Shown here: positions 47,574 through 58,501 of the stretch, piece after piece
Numbering within the stretch: position 1 is the stretch's first letter
How the letters are laid out: each line of letters opens with the position of its first letter
Assembly (NCBI GenBank): GCA_963623195.1
Contig: CAVFKA010000010.1
Location: 200,974-264,973 of the forward strand
Length of the DNA stretch: 64,000 nucleotides
DNA from: a bacterium
GTDB lineage: Bacteria > Bacillota_I > Bacilli_A > RFN20 > CAG-826
Reading direction: 5' to 3'
The notes under the pieces: model-generated
What the model was told of the DNA's origin: nothing
The model's database searches: none
Seen by the model: the letters and a program-made list of their open reading frames with translations, nothing else
Translations under genes and position numbers: made by a program

Positions 47574-49320
47574 CCTCTTCTCCTCTTTTCTTATTTTTGA
47601 GATATTTAACGAGTATTATCACTCCTATAACCAATAAGCACAAAACAGTTCCAAATGTTGCGCCAAGCGTGTCTATTCCGACATCTACCCATGTACAGGT
47701 TCTTCCTGGCGTGAAATATTGAATTAACTCTGAAAAGCCACCAATTACAAAGTTGTATGAAACGGTCGTCAAAGAAGTAAATATCATGTATTTGTCTTTC
47801 ATATCATTGAAAAGGAAGAGGAACATAAATATCGCTTCAACCATAAAGAGAGAAAAATGACCAATAGATTTACGAACCAAAGTCAAAAATTCTTTCAGGG
47901 CATTAGTTCTGCTATCATAAGTTGTAAATTTAACCTTCAATTTTAAAGATGGATCGGATAATGAAGAAATCGTTCCTTCAAAATCGCCAAGATTGGCAAA
48001 TTTAAGAGAGCAATCAAGCGTGTCGTTCTTTGAAACGGTAATATTTCTTCCTTCTAAAACGATGTTAATATTCTCTTCGGAGAGACTAACAGTCCTATCA
48101 TTTCCGAGAAAAAGACCCCTTATCGTCAAATCTTTCTCAATTGGAACCGAGACATTAAGATTACCATCTTCATCTATATAGGTTGGAGCGCCATTCACTG
48201 TGACTCCGTTGATTCCGACTGGTTTTACGTTACCGAAAGAGAGAGGAATCGTCTTGCTGATTTTCTTATTAATTGTTGATTTAACCAACAGGGATACGTC
48301 TTTCTCTTCAAAAATGCCTTTTACTATGCAGGAATTTTTACTTTTTCTTAGCAAAAGAGCGCTACAATCAATATCGTTCCCCACCAATTCAAAATCAAAA
48401 GAATCATCTATATTTGCCTCATTAAAAGAAAACGTGAACGTTTGCCCGCCATTCAAATGATTGACATCATCAATTGCTAAGAAATCGCCATTTTGTTCAT
48501 ATTCAAAAGAATTAGTTGGAACAGCCATAGAGGATGAAGTTACCTTAACGTTATATTTATATGGGCCATAGCTTATTGTTGCTTCTCCTTCTTTAATGCC
48601 AGTAACGATTCCTTGGGAATTTATCGTAGCAATTTCTTCGTTTGAAGAAGAGCATGAAGCGTTAGACAAATCATAGTAACGTGGGGAGAGTAATTCATCT
48701 ACAACACCATCCCTTAAAAGTCCGAGTTGGATTTGATAAGATTCATTTTTTGCTAAGCTAATATTCTTATCAGAAAGAGACTTTAAAACGTCGTTATTTG
48801 GAAAAGAGCGGGGACATATATCAAAATTCAGCTCATATTTAAGACTATCCGAAAAAGAAATAGTCACAGAAAGGTCTTTTGATTTTTTAAGAGAGGTAAT
48901 GCTCATTTGATAATTATCAGAACCTAAATTCACGAGATTGTCATTGACGTTAAAAGAACTGTCAGGATCATTTTTTTCTATTTTAAAGGTATCTTTCTTA
49001 TATTGGTTATCAGCTAAAGATGGATATTCCAATTTAAAGCTGTAAGTTGTTGATGTACCAATAACGAGATTTGTCTTCCCATCATTTGTGTTTAAAACTA
49101 TATCGCTTGTGGTTGGAGTAAAACTAGTAGGTGCGACTTCTTGAGAAAACTTATCATCGGGCAGTATTTTCTGGAAAACATTTGCAACGAAATTAGATTG
49201 GGTGGAAGACATATTATCAGGCATTGCGCTTTCAATAAGGATCAAAGCCGATAAAGTAACCCAAAACGAGAAGAATATATAGGTTGATATTTTTTGTTTT
49301 TTCAAAGAAGGCTTAATCAT
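47560..49320 (-). CDS. VanZ-like membrane protein with a ~430-aa extracellular insertion containing Ig-like (Big_2-type) repeats
   Basis: 586 aa. An N-terminal TM segment is followed by a beta-rich region with a Big_2-like signature (SSNEEIATINSQGIVTGIKEGEATISYG). The C-terminal ~120 aa are polytopic with VanZ-like motifs (GHFSLFMVEA..., GRTCTWVDVGIDTLGATFG). Confidence 0.6.
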   Translation of the reverse strand: MIKPSLKKQKISTYIFFSFWVTLSALILIESAMPDNMSSTQSNFVANVFQKILPDDKFSQEVAPTSFTPTTSDIVLNTNDGKTNLVIGTSTTYSFKLEYPSLADNQYKKDTFKIEKNDPDSSFNVNDNLVNLGSDNYQMSITSLKKSKDLSVTISFSDSLKYELNFDICPRSFPNNDVLKSLSDKNISLAKNESYQIQLGLLRDGVVDELLSPRYYDLSNASCSSSNEEIATINSQGIVTGIKEGEATISYGPYKYNVKVTSSSMAVPTNSFEYEQNGDFLAIDDVNHLNGGQTFTFSFNEANIDDSFDFELVGNDIDCSALLLRKSKNSCIVKGIFEEKDVSLLVKSTINKKISKTIPLSFGNVKPVGINGVTVNGAPTYIDEDGNLNVSVPIEKDLTIRGLFLGNDRTVSLSEENINIVLEGRNITVSKNDTLDCSLKFANLGDFEGTISSLSDPSLKLKVKFTTYDSRTNALKEFLTLVRKSIGHFSLFMVEAIFMFLFLFNDMKDKYMIFTSLTTVSYNFVIGGFSELIQYFTPGRTCTWVDVGIDTLGATFGTVLCLLVIGVIILVKYLKNKKRGEEANAI

Positions 49321-49367
49321 TTTCTACCTTTATTCATTATAAAAGAAAATATGTTAATATATAAGAT

Positions 49368-50192
49368 ATGAAGAAGAGATTGCCTTTGATTATATGCTTG
49401 CCATTGCTCCTTGTATCATGTAATAAGAATGAATATTACGATTCAAGCAAGGATTTTCAGTTATGCCGCAATGGCGATTTGCTCTCTTTAAATTTTGAAG
49501 ATGCAACATATGAGGACATTTCAAATAACCTTGAGGCATCTTCCGCTATTTCCTCAATGGAATTGGGAGAAAGCGTAACTTTCGTTCGCACTTCTTCAAC
49601 CTGCCACTCATGTATCGATTTCGAACCAACATTCTTGAGTTTCATCAAGAATAATCAATTGGATATTTCAGTTTATTCCGACACTTCTAAAGCGAATCAA
49701 TACGCTTCCGAATATAGCAATTATCTAGGCGAAGATAATATCGAACATGATGAGGAACATACCTTTTTAAATAGAACGCCAACTTGGTATTATTCTTCTA
49801 AAGAAAAAGGATGCAAAATAGCACTATGGGGAGGAGGAAATGATTATTTCCTTAAAACATCCTTCCTAAAGTATGCCTCAATCACAAATATATATAAGTT
49901 TTCTTCCATTTCTTTTTTAGAAAAAGGCCTGGAAAATTCTTCAGGCGCATTAGTGTATTTGCTTGATAAAACTGATACATGGTCCGCTTCTTTTTATAAA
50001 AATACGCTATACCCATTAGCAATAAAGTCGAATAAGCCAACGTACATTTTAGATACGGAAAGAGTGAAAAAAGAAGATCTTGAGGATGTGCAAAAATATT
50101 TCTCTTCCTCTTGTTTAATTCTTGAAAAAGAAAAAGCTGGCTCCAATGATGAAACCAGCTTAAATAATCTTGTAAGTTCTTACTATAATTAG
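49368..50192 (+). CDS. Lipoprotein with thioredoxin-like CxxC region
   Basis: 274 aa. MKKRLPLIICLPLLLVS-C lipobox. TFVRTSSTCHSCIDFEPTFLSFI is a Trx-like CxxC context. Confidence 0.7.
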   Translation: MKKRLPLIICLPLLLVSCNKNEYYDSSKDFQLCRNGDLLSLNFEDATYEDISNNLEASSAISSMELGESVTFVRTSSTCHSCIDFEPTFLSFIKNNQLDISVYSDTSKANQYASEYSNYLGEDNIEHDEEHTFLNRTPTWYYSSKEKGCKIALWGGGNDYFLKTSFLKYASITNIYKFSSISFLEKGLENSSGALVYLLDKTDTWSASFYKNTLYPLAIKSNKPTYILDTERVKKEDLEDVQKYFSSSCLILEKEKAGSNDETSLNNLVSSYYN

Positions 50193-51412
50193 CTTTTCTT
50201 TGCTCTTACGAATTTATCAAATTCTTCGCCTTCAGAAATGCTTTTGAATTTCGCGAAGAAGTATTCATCTCCCATAGCATCCGCCATATGTTTAGGATAC
50301 TGTCCATGAGCGCACATATTTGAACCATATTTTTTATAGATTTCTTCTTCGGTATAAAGATAATTGAGCTCGTCACGACGTGAGATGGAAAAAGCGTAAT
50401 ATTTTTCCTTGTTCATATCTTGCAAATTCTTGTCATAGGCGATTATATCGGCATATATTTCATAGCAAGAAACTGAATTCGCAAAATTAAGCAGATCAGG
50501 TGTATAACCTCCAGCAGGTCTCATGTTGCATTCAAGCGCAACGAATTCGCCTTTTTTCGCAAATCCATCTTTATCATTTTTTAAGACAAAGAATTCAATA
50601 TGAAAGAATCTTTTTTTAATTCCAAACGATTTAACTGTAGCCTTCCCTGCTTTAAGGAATTCATCACGATTTACATCATTGAATTCCAAATCGAAGGGGG
50701 ACGTGTAGTAATATTCATCTTTAGCTTCGTTGACTACTTCCGCTACAGGGGTAGGGAAATGATCACATGTGCAGAAGACTACATCAGAATTCGAGTCACA
50801 AATTCCATCAAAAGAGATGATGGTTCCATCGATATATTCTTCAACGATAAAGGTTTCCTCTAATGTATCTTTTAAGAAAGAAAGAACTTCTTCTTCGTTT
50901 TTTAAAGAATGAGATTGGGCTGCCCCAACACCAATATTAGGCTTAGCAAAAAGAGGATAACCAACTTCTTTGGCAAAATCTAATACCTTTTCTATATCTT
51001 TTGGGCCATCAACAAGAATATAACGCATGGTTTTTACGCCTGCTTTTTGGAAATATTCCTTCATAGCTGATTTAGCCTTGATTTTTTCCATTTCCTCAGG
51101 GAAAAAGCCTGTCGTGATATTAAGTTCTTTTCTCAAACGAGAATCTTGATAAAGCCACCATTCGTTATTTGATTCTAAATAATCGATTTTGCCGTATTTT
51201 CTTTCAAAATATCGGCAAGCTTTAAGGATTTCATCGTAAGATCCAAGGCTTGGTAAATAATAATATTCAGTCAATGAACTTCTTAATCTTGGTGAAGTTT
51301 CATAATATGGAGTGTCGCCAATTCCTAAGACATTGATGCCTCTAGCTTTTAAAGACTCAACCCATTTGAAATATCTTTCTGGATAATTTGGGGATATAAA
51401 GATGAAATTCAT
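50189..51412 (-). CDS. ATP-grasp family carboxylate-amine ligase (substrate unknown)
   Basis: 407 aa. ATP-grasp layout (KSAMKEYFQKAGV..., YPLFAKPNIGVGA, IVEEYIDG, ECNMRPAGG). SD GAAGGAG lies 11 nt after the atpC stop. Confidence 0.7.
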   Translation of the reverse strand: MNFIFISPNYPERYFKWVESLKARGINVLGIGDTPYYETSPRLRSSLTEYYYLPSLGSYDEILKACRYFERKYGKIDYLESNNEWWLYQDSRLRKELNITTGFFPEEMEKIKAKSAMKEYFQKAGVKTMRYILVDGPKDIEKVLDFAKEVGYPLFAKPNIGVGAAQSHSLKNEEEVLSFLKDTLEETFIVEEYIDGTIISFDGICDSNSDVVFCTCDHFPTPVAEVVNEAKDEYYYTSPFDLEFNDVNRDEFLKAGKATVKSFGIKKRFFHIEFFVLKNDKDGFAKKGEFVALECNMRPAGGYTPDLLNFANSVSCYEIYADIIAYDKNLQDMNKEKYYAFSISRRDELNYLYTEEEIYKKYGSNMCAHGQYPKHMADAMGDEYFFAKFKSISEGEEFDKFVRAKKS

Positions 51413-51423
51413 GGTTACTCCTT

Positions 51424-51737
51424 CTAGTTAAAACTCTTTGATTCTTCTAATAATTTATTTGCTTCATCTGCTGAAGAAGCCTTAAGGGCTATTTCAGTCA
51501 AGACTATAGTTTTTTCTTTTTTTATTTCGAGAGCGCCAAAAGATATAGCAAAGAATATTTCTTCTTTGTTAGCCTTTTCGATTTTCAAGACACCTTTTTT
51601 AGCTAAAGGAGCAATTAAGGTGGTATGTCCGCCATAAATGCCTAATGGACCGTTGCTTGAAGGAACTAAAATATAATTTGCTTCTCCTTCAAAAACGCTT
51701 CCTGATGGTGTCAAAACGCTCAAATTAAATGAAGACA

Positions 51738-51738
<1 letters not shown>
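51424..51738 (-). CDS. atpC: F1 ATP synthase epsilon subunit
   Basis: 104 aa. Last gene of the atp operon and overlaps the atpD stop. Confidence 0.85.
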
Positions 51739-54043
<2,305 letters not shown>

Positions 54044-54049
54044 AAATTA

Positions 54050-55558
54050 TTAGTTCTTTCTTGTTTTCTTGAAAGTTTCGATTGCTTTAATAAGAGCTTG
54101 CTCTGTTTCTTTTGAGAAAGCTTTTTCTTTATTTAAAGCTTCGATAATTTCAGGTGTATTTGTATGTATGTAATGAATTAAATCATTTAAGAATGGTCCG
54201 ACTTGTTCAAATTCGAGATCATCTAGATAACGACGATTTACGGCAAATAGTTCAATGATTTCATCAAACATGTCCATAGGGGCCCAGTTCTTTTGCTTAA
54301 GGGCTTCCATGACAATTCCACCGTGTGTAAGAATACGTTTTGTCTCTGCATCCAAATCGGAGCCAAACTGAGCAAAAGAAAGATTTTCTCTATAATTGGC
54401 AAGTTCGATCTTGAGAGATTTAGAAACTTGTTTCATTGCTTTGATCTGGGCTGAAGAACCTACACGAGAAACAGACAAGCCTGAATCAACAGCTGGTCTT
54501 TGGCCAGCATTAAAGTAATCGCTGATAAGGAAGATTTGTCCATCAGTAATAGAGATAACATTAGTTGGAATATATGCGGAAATATCGCCTGCTTGCGTTT
54601 CAATTATTGGGAGGGCAGTAATTGATCCTCCGCCATATTCAGGGGCAAGTTTGCAAGCTCTTTCTAATAGACGTGAATGTAAATAGAAGATATCGCCTGG
54701 GTAAGCTTCACGGCCTGGGGCTCTTCTTAAAAGTAAGGAAAGCGTACGATATGCGACAGCATGTTTTGAAAGATCGTCAAAAACGATCAAAACGTCTTTG
54801 CCTTCTTCCATCCATTCCTCAGCCATGGCTATGCCTGAGAAAGGTGCGATATATTGTTGAGGGGCGGCTTGGGAAGCTGAAGCGTTAACGATTGTAACGT
54901 AATCAAGGCAACCTTTTTCCTTCAAACGATTGACGATATTGGCAACTGTGGAATTTTTTTGGCCAATTGCAACGTAAACGCAATTAACGTTTTTGCCTTT
55001 TTGATTAACTATTGTATCGATAGCAATTGATGTTTTACCGGTTTGGCGGTCACCAATGATAAGTTCTCTTTGTCCACGTCCGATAGGGATCATTGAGTCA
55101 ATTGCCTTAATTCCTGTGGCTAAAGGTGTATCAACCGATTTGCGGGTCATAACACCAGGGGCAATTCTTTCAATTGGACGGGTTTTTGTATATTCAATGG
55201 AACCCGCTTCATCAAGAGGCAAACCTAAAGGGGAAACAACTCTTCCTAAAAGTCCGTCGCCAACAGGAACTTCAACCACGCGATTGGTTCTTTTAACGAC
55301 ATCTCCTTCTTTTAAGGAACGGTCTGAGCCAAGTAAAACAGCACCAACATCATCATTATTTAAATTCATGACCATGCCATAAACATCATTAGGGAATAGC
55401 AAAAGTTCGCCTAACATAGCGCCTTTTAAACCGTAAACCGATGCGATGCCATCGCCAACGGAGATAACCGTTCCGACATCATTGCTTTCTATTTGCCCGG
55501 CAAATGATTTAATTTGTTCTTTGATTAATGTGCTAATTTGATTGGTGTCCAACTTCAT
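54050..55558 (-). CDS. atpA: F1 ATP synthase alpha subunit
   Basis: 502 aa. [16 protein letters not shown]-loop. Confidence 0.97.
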   Translation of the reverse strand: MKLDTNQISTLIKEQIKSFAGQIESNDVGTVISVGDGIASVYGLKGAMLGELLLFPNDVYGMVMNLNNDDVGAVLLGSDRSLKEGDVVKRTNRVVEVPVGDGLLGRVVSPLGLPLDEAGSIEYTKTRPIERIAPGVMTRKSVDTPLATGIKAIDSMIPIGRGQRELIIGDRQTGKTSIAIDTIVNQKGKNVNCVYVAIGQKNSTVANIVNRLKEKGCLDYVTIVNASASQAAPQQYIAPFSGIAMAEEWMEEGKDVLIVFDDLSKHAVAYRTLSLLLRRAPGREAYPGDIFYLHSRLLERACKLAPEYGGGSITALPIIETQAGDISAYIPTNVISITDGQIFLISDYFNAGQRPAVDSGLSVSRVGSSAQIKAMKQVSKSLKIELANYRENLSFAQFGSDLDAETKRILTHGGIVMEALKQKNWAPMDMFDEIIELFAVNRRYLDDLEFEQVGPFLNDLIHYIHTNTPEIIEALNKEKAFSKETEQALIKAIETFKKTRKN

Positions 55559-56100
55559 AAGGAGCCTCCTTTCAGTAATTTGTGACGAAGCGCATCAACT
55601 TTATTTTGAATTGATCCGTCGTATATTTTTCCATCGAGTACAATCTTTATTCCCCCAATAAGGTTTTGGTCTATCTTATTGATTAGATGCACTTTGGAAT
55701 TTGTTTTCTTCTCTAGAGCCTTCTCTACCTTAGATATCTCTTCTTTGCTAAGCGGGGTCACTGAATATAGCAATCCCTCTTTAATGCCAAGATATTCATT
55801 GGCTAAGGTACGGTATTCTCTAAAAATTTGATGAATCGAAGAAATTAAATGTTTTGAAACAAGAAGTTTCATAAATGGTAAAAGAGATGGGCTTTCAAGT
55901 CCTTTAAATGCCTTATCAAAAATTGAAAATATTTCATTTTGGGGCACTTTATAGGAAGAAAAGATTTCTATAAACTCTGGGTTATTAGAAAAGATTTCTT
56001 CAATCTCTTTCATTTCTTTTAAATATGTTTCGACCTTATTTTCATCCCTGGATAAGGAGAATAAGGCACTTGCATAGTTTACGAAAACTTCTTCATTCAT
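55555..56100 (-). CDS. atpH: F1 ATP synthase delta (OSCP) subunit
   Basis: 181 aa. Operon position between atpF and atpA. OSCP-like C-terminus ([16 protein letters not shown]). Confidence 0.85.
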   Translation of the reverse strand: MNEEVFVNYASALFSLSRDENKVETYLKEMKEIEEIFSNNPEFIEIFSSYKVPQNEIFSIFDKAFKGLESPSLLPFMKLLVSKHLISSIHQIFREYRTLANEYLGIKEGLLYSVTPLSKEEISKVEKALEKKTNSKVHLINKIDQNLIGGIKIVLDGKIYDGSIQNKVDALRHKLLKGGSL

Positions 56101-56104
56101 ATAT

Positions 56105-56674
56105 TTAGCCTTTCTTCTCTAAATCTGATGTGATTTCATCAAGGATTTTCTTGTTGTCTTTTTCACTTACTTCGCGACCAAGAATCTCTTTGGAAGCATC
56201 AAGGGCAACATTAACGATTTCTTTGCGAATCTCATCACGTGCCTTTTCTTTTTCTTGCTCGATGTTTTGCATAGCTTTCTCTTGTTCAAGGGCAGCGGCA
56301 TTTTTAGCATCGGCAATAATTGAATTTGCCTGAATTTTGGCATTGTCTTCAGCTTTTTTGATGATTTCTTGAGCTTGTGTCTCCGCATCAGAGATTATCG
56401 CGGAAGATTGATTCACGATGCCTTCATAATGAGCTTTGGCATTTTCGGCATCTTTAATATTTCCTTCGATGTATTCTCTTCTTTTTTCCGAATATTTCTT
56501 CAAAGGCTTGTATCCGATGAAGAAAAGCAAAACGAAAAGAACGATCAACGCAAGGAGATTGATTAAAAGAGCCCAGAAATTGCCGAAAATCTTTTCTAAA
56601 AAATCCTCAGGTTGAAATGGTTTGGACGAAGCATCTTCTAATATGTATAGCAAAATGTTATTCATCCTTTTCAC
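56105..56674 (-). CDS. atpF: Fo ATP synthase b subunit
   Basis: 189 aa. Single N-terminal TM helix plus a long charged coiled coil. Confidence 0.85.
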   Translation of the reverse strand: MKRMNNILLYILEDASSKPFQPEDFLEKIFGNFWALLINLLALIVLFVLLFFIGYKPLKKYSEKRREYIEGNIKDAENAKAHYEGIVNQSSAIISDAETQAQEIIKKAEDNAKIQANSIIADAKNAAALEQEKAMQNIEQEKEKARDEIRKEIVNVALDASKEILGREVSEKDNKKILDEITSDLEKKG

Positions 56675-56679
56675 TCCAA

Positions 56680-56907
56680 TTACAAGACGAAAATAATTAA
56701 GATAGCAACAATCAAACAGTAAATGGATGTTGATTCGTCAAGAGCGATAGCAACGATCATGTTGCTTCTTAACTTACCAGCCATCTCTGGATTTCTTGTC
56801 ATGCCATCAATTGTGTGGCAAGCAATTAAGCTTTCGCCAATGGCGGCAATCATGCCGAATGCGACACAAATAGCGGCCGCAAGAGCTTTTAAACCTACAT
56901 CTGTCAT
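56680..56907 (-). CDS. atpE: Fo ATP synthase c subunit (Na+-type ion-binding signature)
   Basis: 75-aa helical hairpin with an RNPE loop. Helix 2 has ALDESTSIY and helix 1 has GES. Confidence 0.9.
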   Translation of the reverse strand: MTDVGLKALAAAICVAFGMIAAIGESLIACHTIDGMTRNPEMAGKLRSNMIVAIALDESTSIYCLIVAILIIFVL

Positions 56908-56919
56908 ATATAATTCCTC

Positions 56920-57816
56920 CTATAACATTTTGGTTTTCATTTCATTTTGTTCATATTCGAGCAGTTCTTTTGGAACAGGGCGGAAGGCAAGATAGATATT
57001 GTCTTCGTCCATTGGCTTCTCTTGAGCAATCCATAAGGATGAGAGAGAAGCGAATACCATGGTTTGAACAAACCCGGAGAACAAACTGAAATAAGCATTT
57101 AAGATACCCATAGGGATAGGTGAGAGAATACTTCCACTCCAATAAGGGAAGGAATTCCACCAAGATGCCCAATTGGACGTGGCATTGACAACTTCTAGAG
57201 AGGCGCCCATGCCAGTAAAAAGAGTGGCAGAAAGTGAAGAAAGAGCCCATTGCACAAGGGTGATGATAACGGTGCCTGCAAGAGCATTACCAAACATACG
57301 CATCGTGGTCGATATAATAGGAGACCACATAGTGATTAAGTTAACAGGCAAGAAAATAGGAACTGGATCGATATATCTTTTTAAATATGACCAGTGCTGA
57401 TATTTGATGGCGATTACATGAATCCAGAAAAACATGATTAACGAGAGACATAAAGGCCCAGCAAGCCAGTCCATTACGGACGGGAGACCGAGTAAGGAAA
57501 TATTGAAAGCAATAAATAAATAGGCCCATAAGGTAAAGAAATACCCGGTCCAAAGTTTAGATGAGTTGCCCATGTTTCCGATGGTGAAATTGGAAACATA
57601 GTCATAATATGCGTCTGCCCAGAATAAAATTCCTCTTGGGGCTTTCTTATAATCTCCATTTTTAACGGCTTTATTGGCTTTAATTCCAACAATGGATCCA
57701 ATTATTAAAAGAATAATGATGATAAGGAGAGATGAAAAAAGAGGGCCTGCAAGATGCTCGAGGTCGAAGGTCATCATATCCTTAAAACGTGCGGCTAAAT
57801 CAGTAGCAAAAAGCAT
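56920..57816 (-). CDS. atpB: Fo ATP synthase a subunit
   Basis: 298 aa, polytopic. Essential Arg motif MRMFGNALAG. Confidence 0.9.
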   Translation of the reverse strand: MLFATDLAARFKDMMTFDLEHLAGPLFSSLLIIIILLIIGSIVGIKANKAVKNGDYKKAPRGILFWADAYYDYVSNFTIGNMGNSSKLWTGYFFTLWAYLFIAFNISLLGLPSVMDWLAGPLCLSLIMFFWIHVIAIKYQHWSYLKRYIDPVPIFLPVNLITMWSPIISTTMRMFGNALAGTVIITLVQWALSSLSATLFTGMGASLEVVNATSNWASWWNSFPYWSGSILSPIPMGILNAYFSLFSGFVQTMVFASLSSLWIAQEKPMDEDNIYLAFRPVPKELLEYEQNEMKTKML

Positions 57817-58262
57817 TATTTTTCCTCAATACCCTTATCTTTCTTTGCAAAAACAAAATGAGTGACAAGAATTACGGCTGGCATCGGTAAAAGCGAAGCA
57901 AATGTTGTCCAAAAAGAGAACATATCGAATCCGCCAATCCATTCTGATTTGAAAGTGCAAACGCCAGAAAGGCCTAAAACGATCACATAAAGCAAAGGTC
58001 TCACGAAGCTAGATAAAACAATAATAGGCATGTTTTTGTTTTCGCCATCCCTCTTTGTTAAGGCGTCCGTCATTTTAAGTAGCGTGAAATAAGCTAACAA
58101 AGAAACGAGTGAGCCCAATAACCAACCATTAGGATATGAATAGCCTTTGTCGATGCCGAAAAAATAAAGAGGCATCAAGGCAAGATAAACCACTGCTGCT
58201 AAAACAACTAGCCAGAAGAATACCTTCATATCGCGATTAAGTTTCATGTAAAAATTTAGCAT
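57816..58262 (-). CDS. atpI: ATP synthase protein I-like small membrane protein
   Basis: Four TM helices and first gene of the atp operon. Start set at ATG 58262, downstream of SD AAAGGTGAG. The ORF-track start at 58271 is a GTG inside that SD. Confidence 0.6.
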   Translation of the reverse strand: MLNFYMKLNRDMKVFFWLVVLAAVVYLALMPLYFFGIDKGYSYPNGWLLGSLVSLLAYFTLLKMTDALTKRDGENKNMPIIVLSSFVRPLLYVIVLGLSGVCTFKSEWIGGFDMFSFWTTFASLLPMPAVILVTHFVFAKKDKGIEEK

Positions 58263-58501
58263 AATTCTCACCTTTGAAATTGTAACATTTTGATATATTT
58301 TTGGGTAATGTTTTTAATAAAATTTTTCGTTTATTTTTAAACTATAAAGTAAGATAACTTACTTACATTCGAAAATAAGCGATTTTTTAATAACTTTATG
58401 AAAGCGCTTGCATAAATATTTCAATTTTTATATTATATCTAGCAATGCATTTTTGCCTTTCGTAAGAAAAGAATATAATTTTAGTAAACAGGAGGAACAT
58501 T

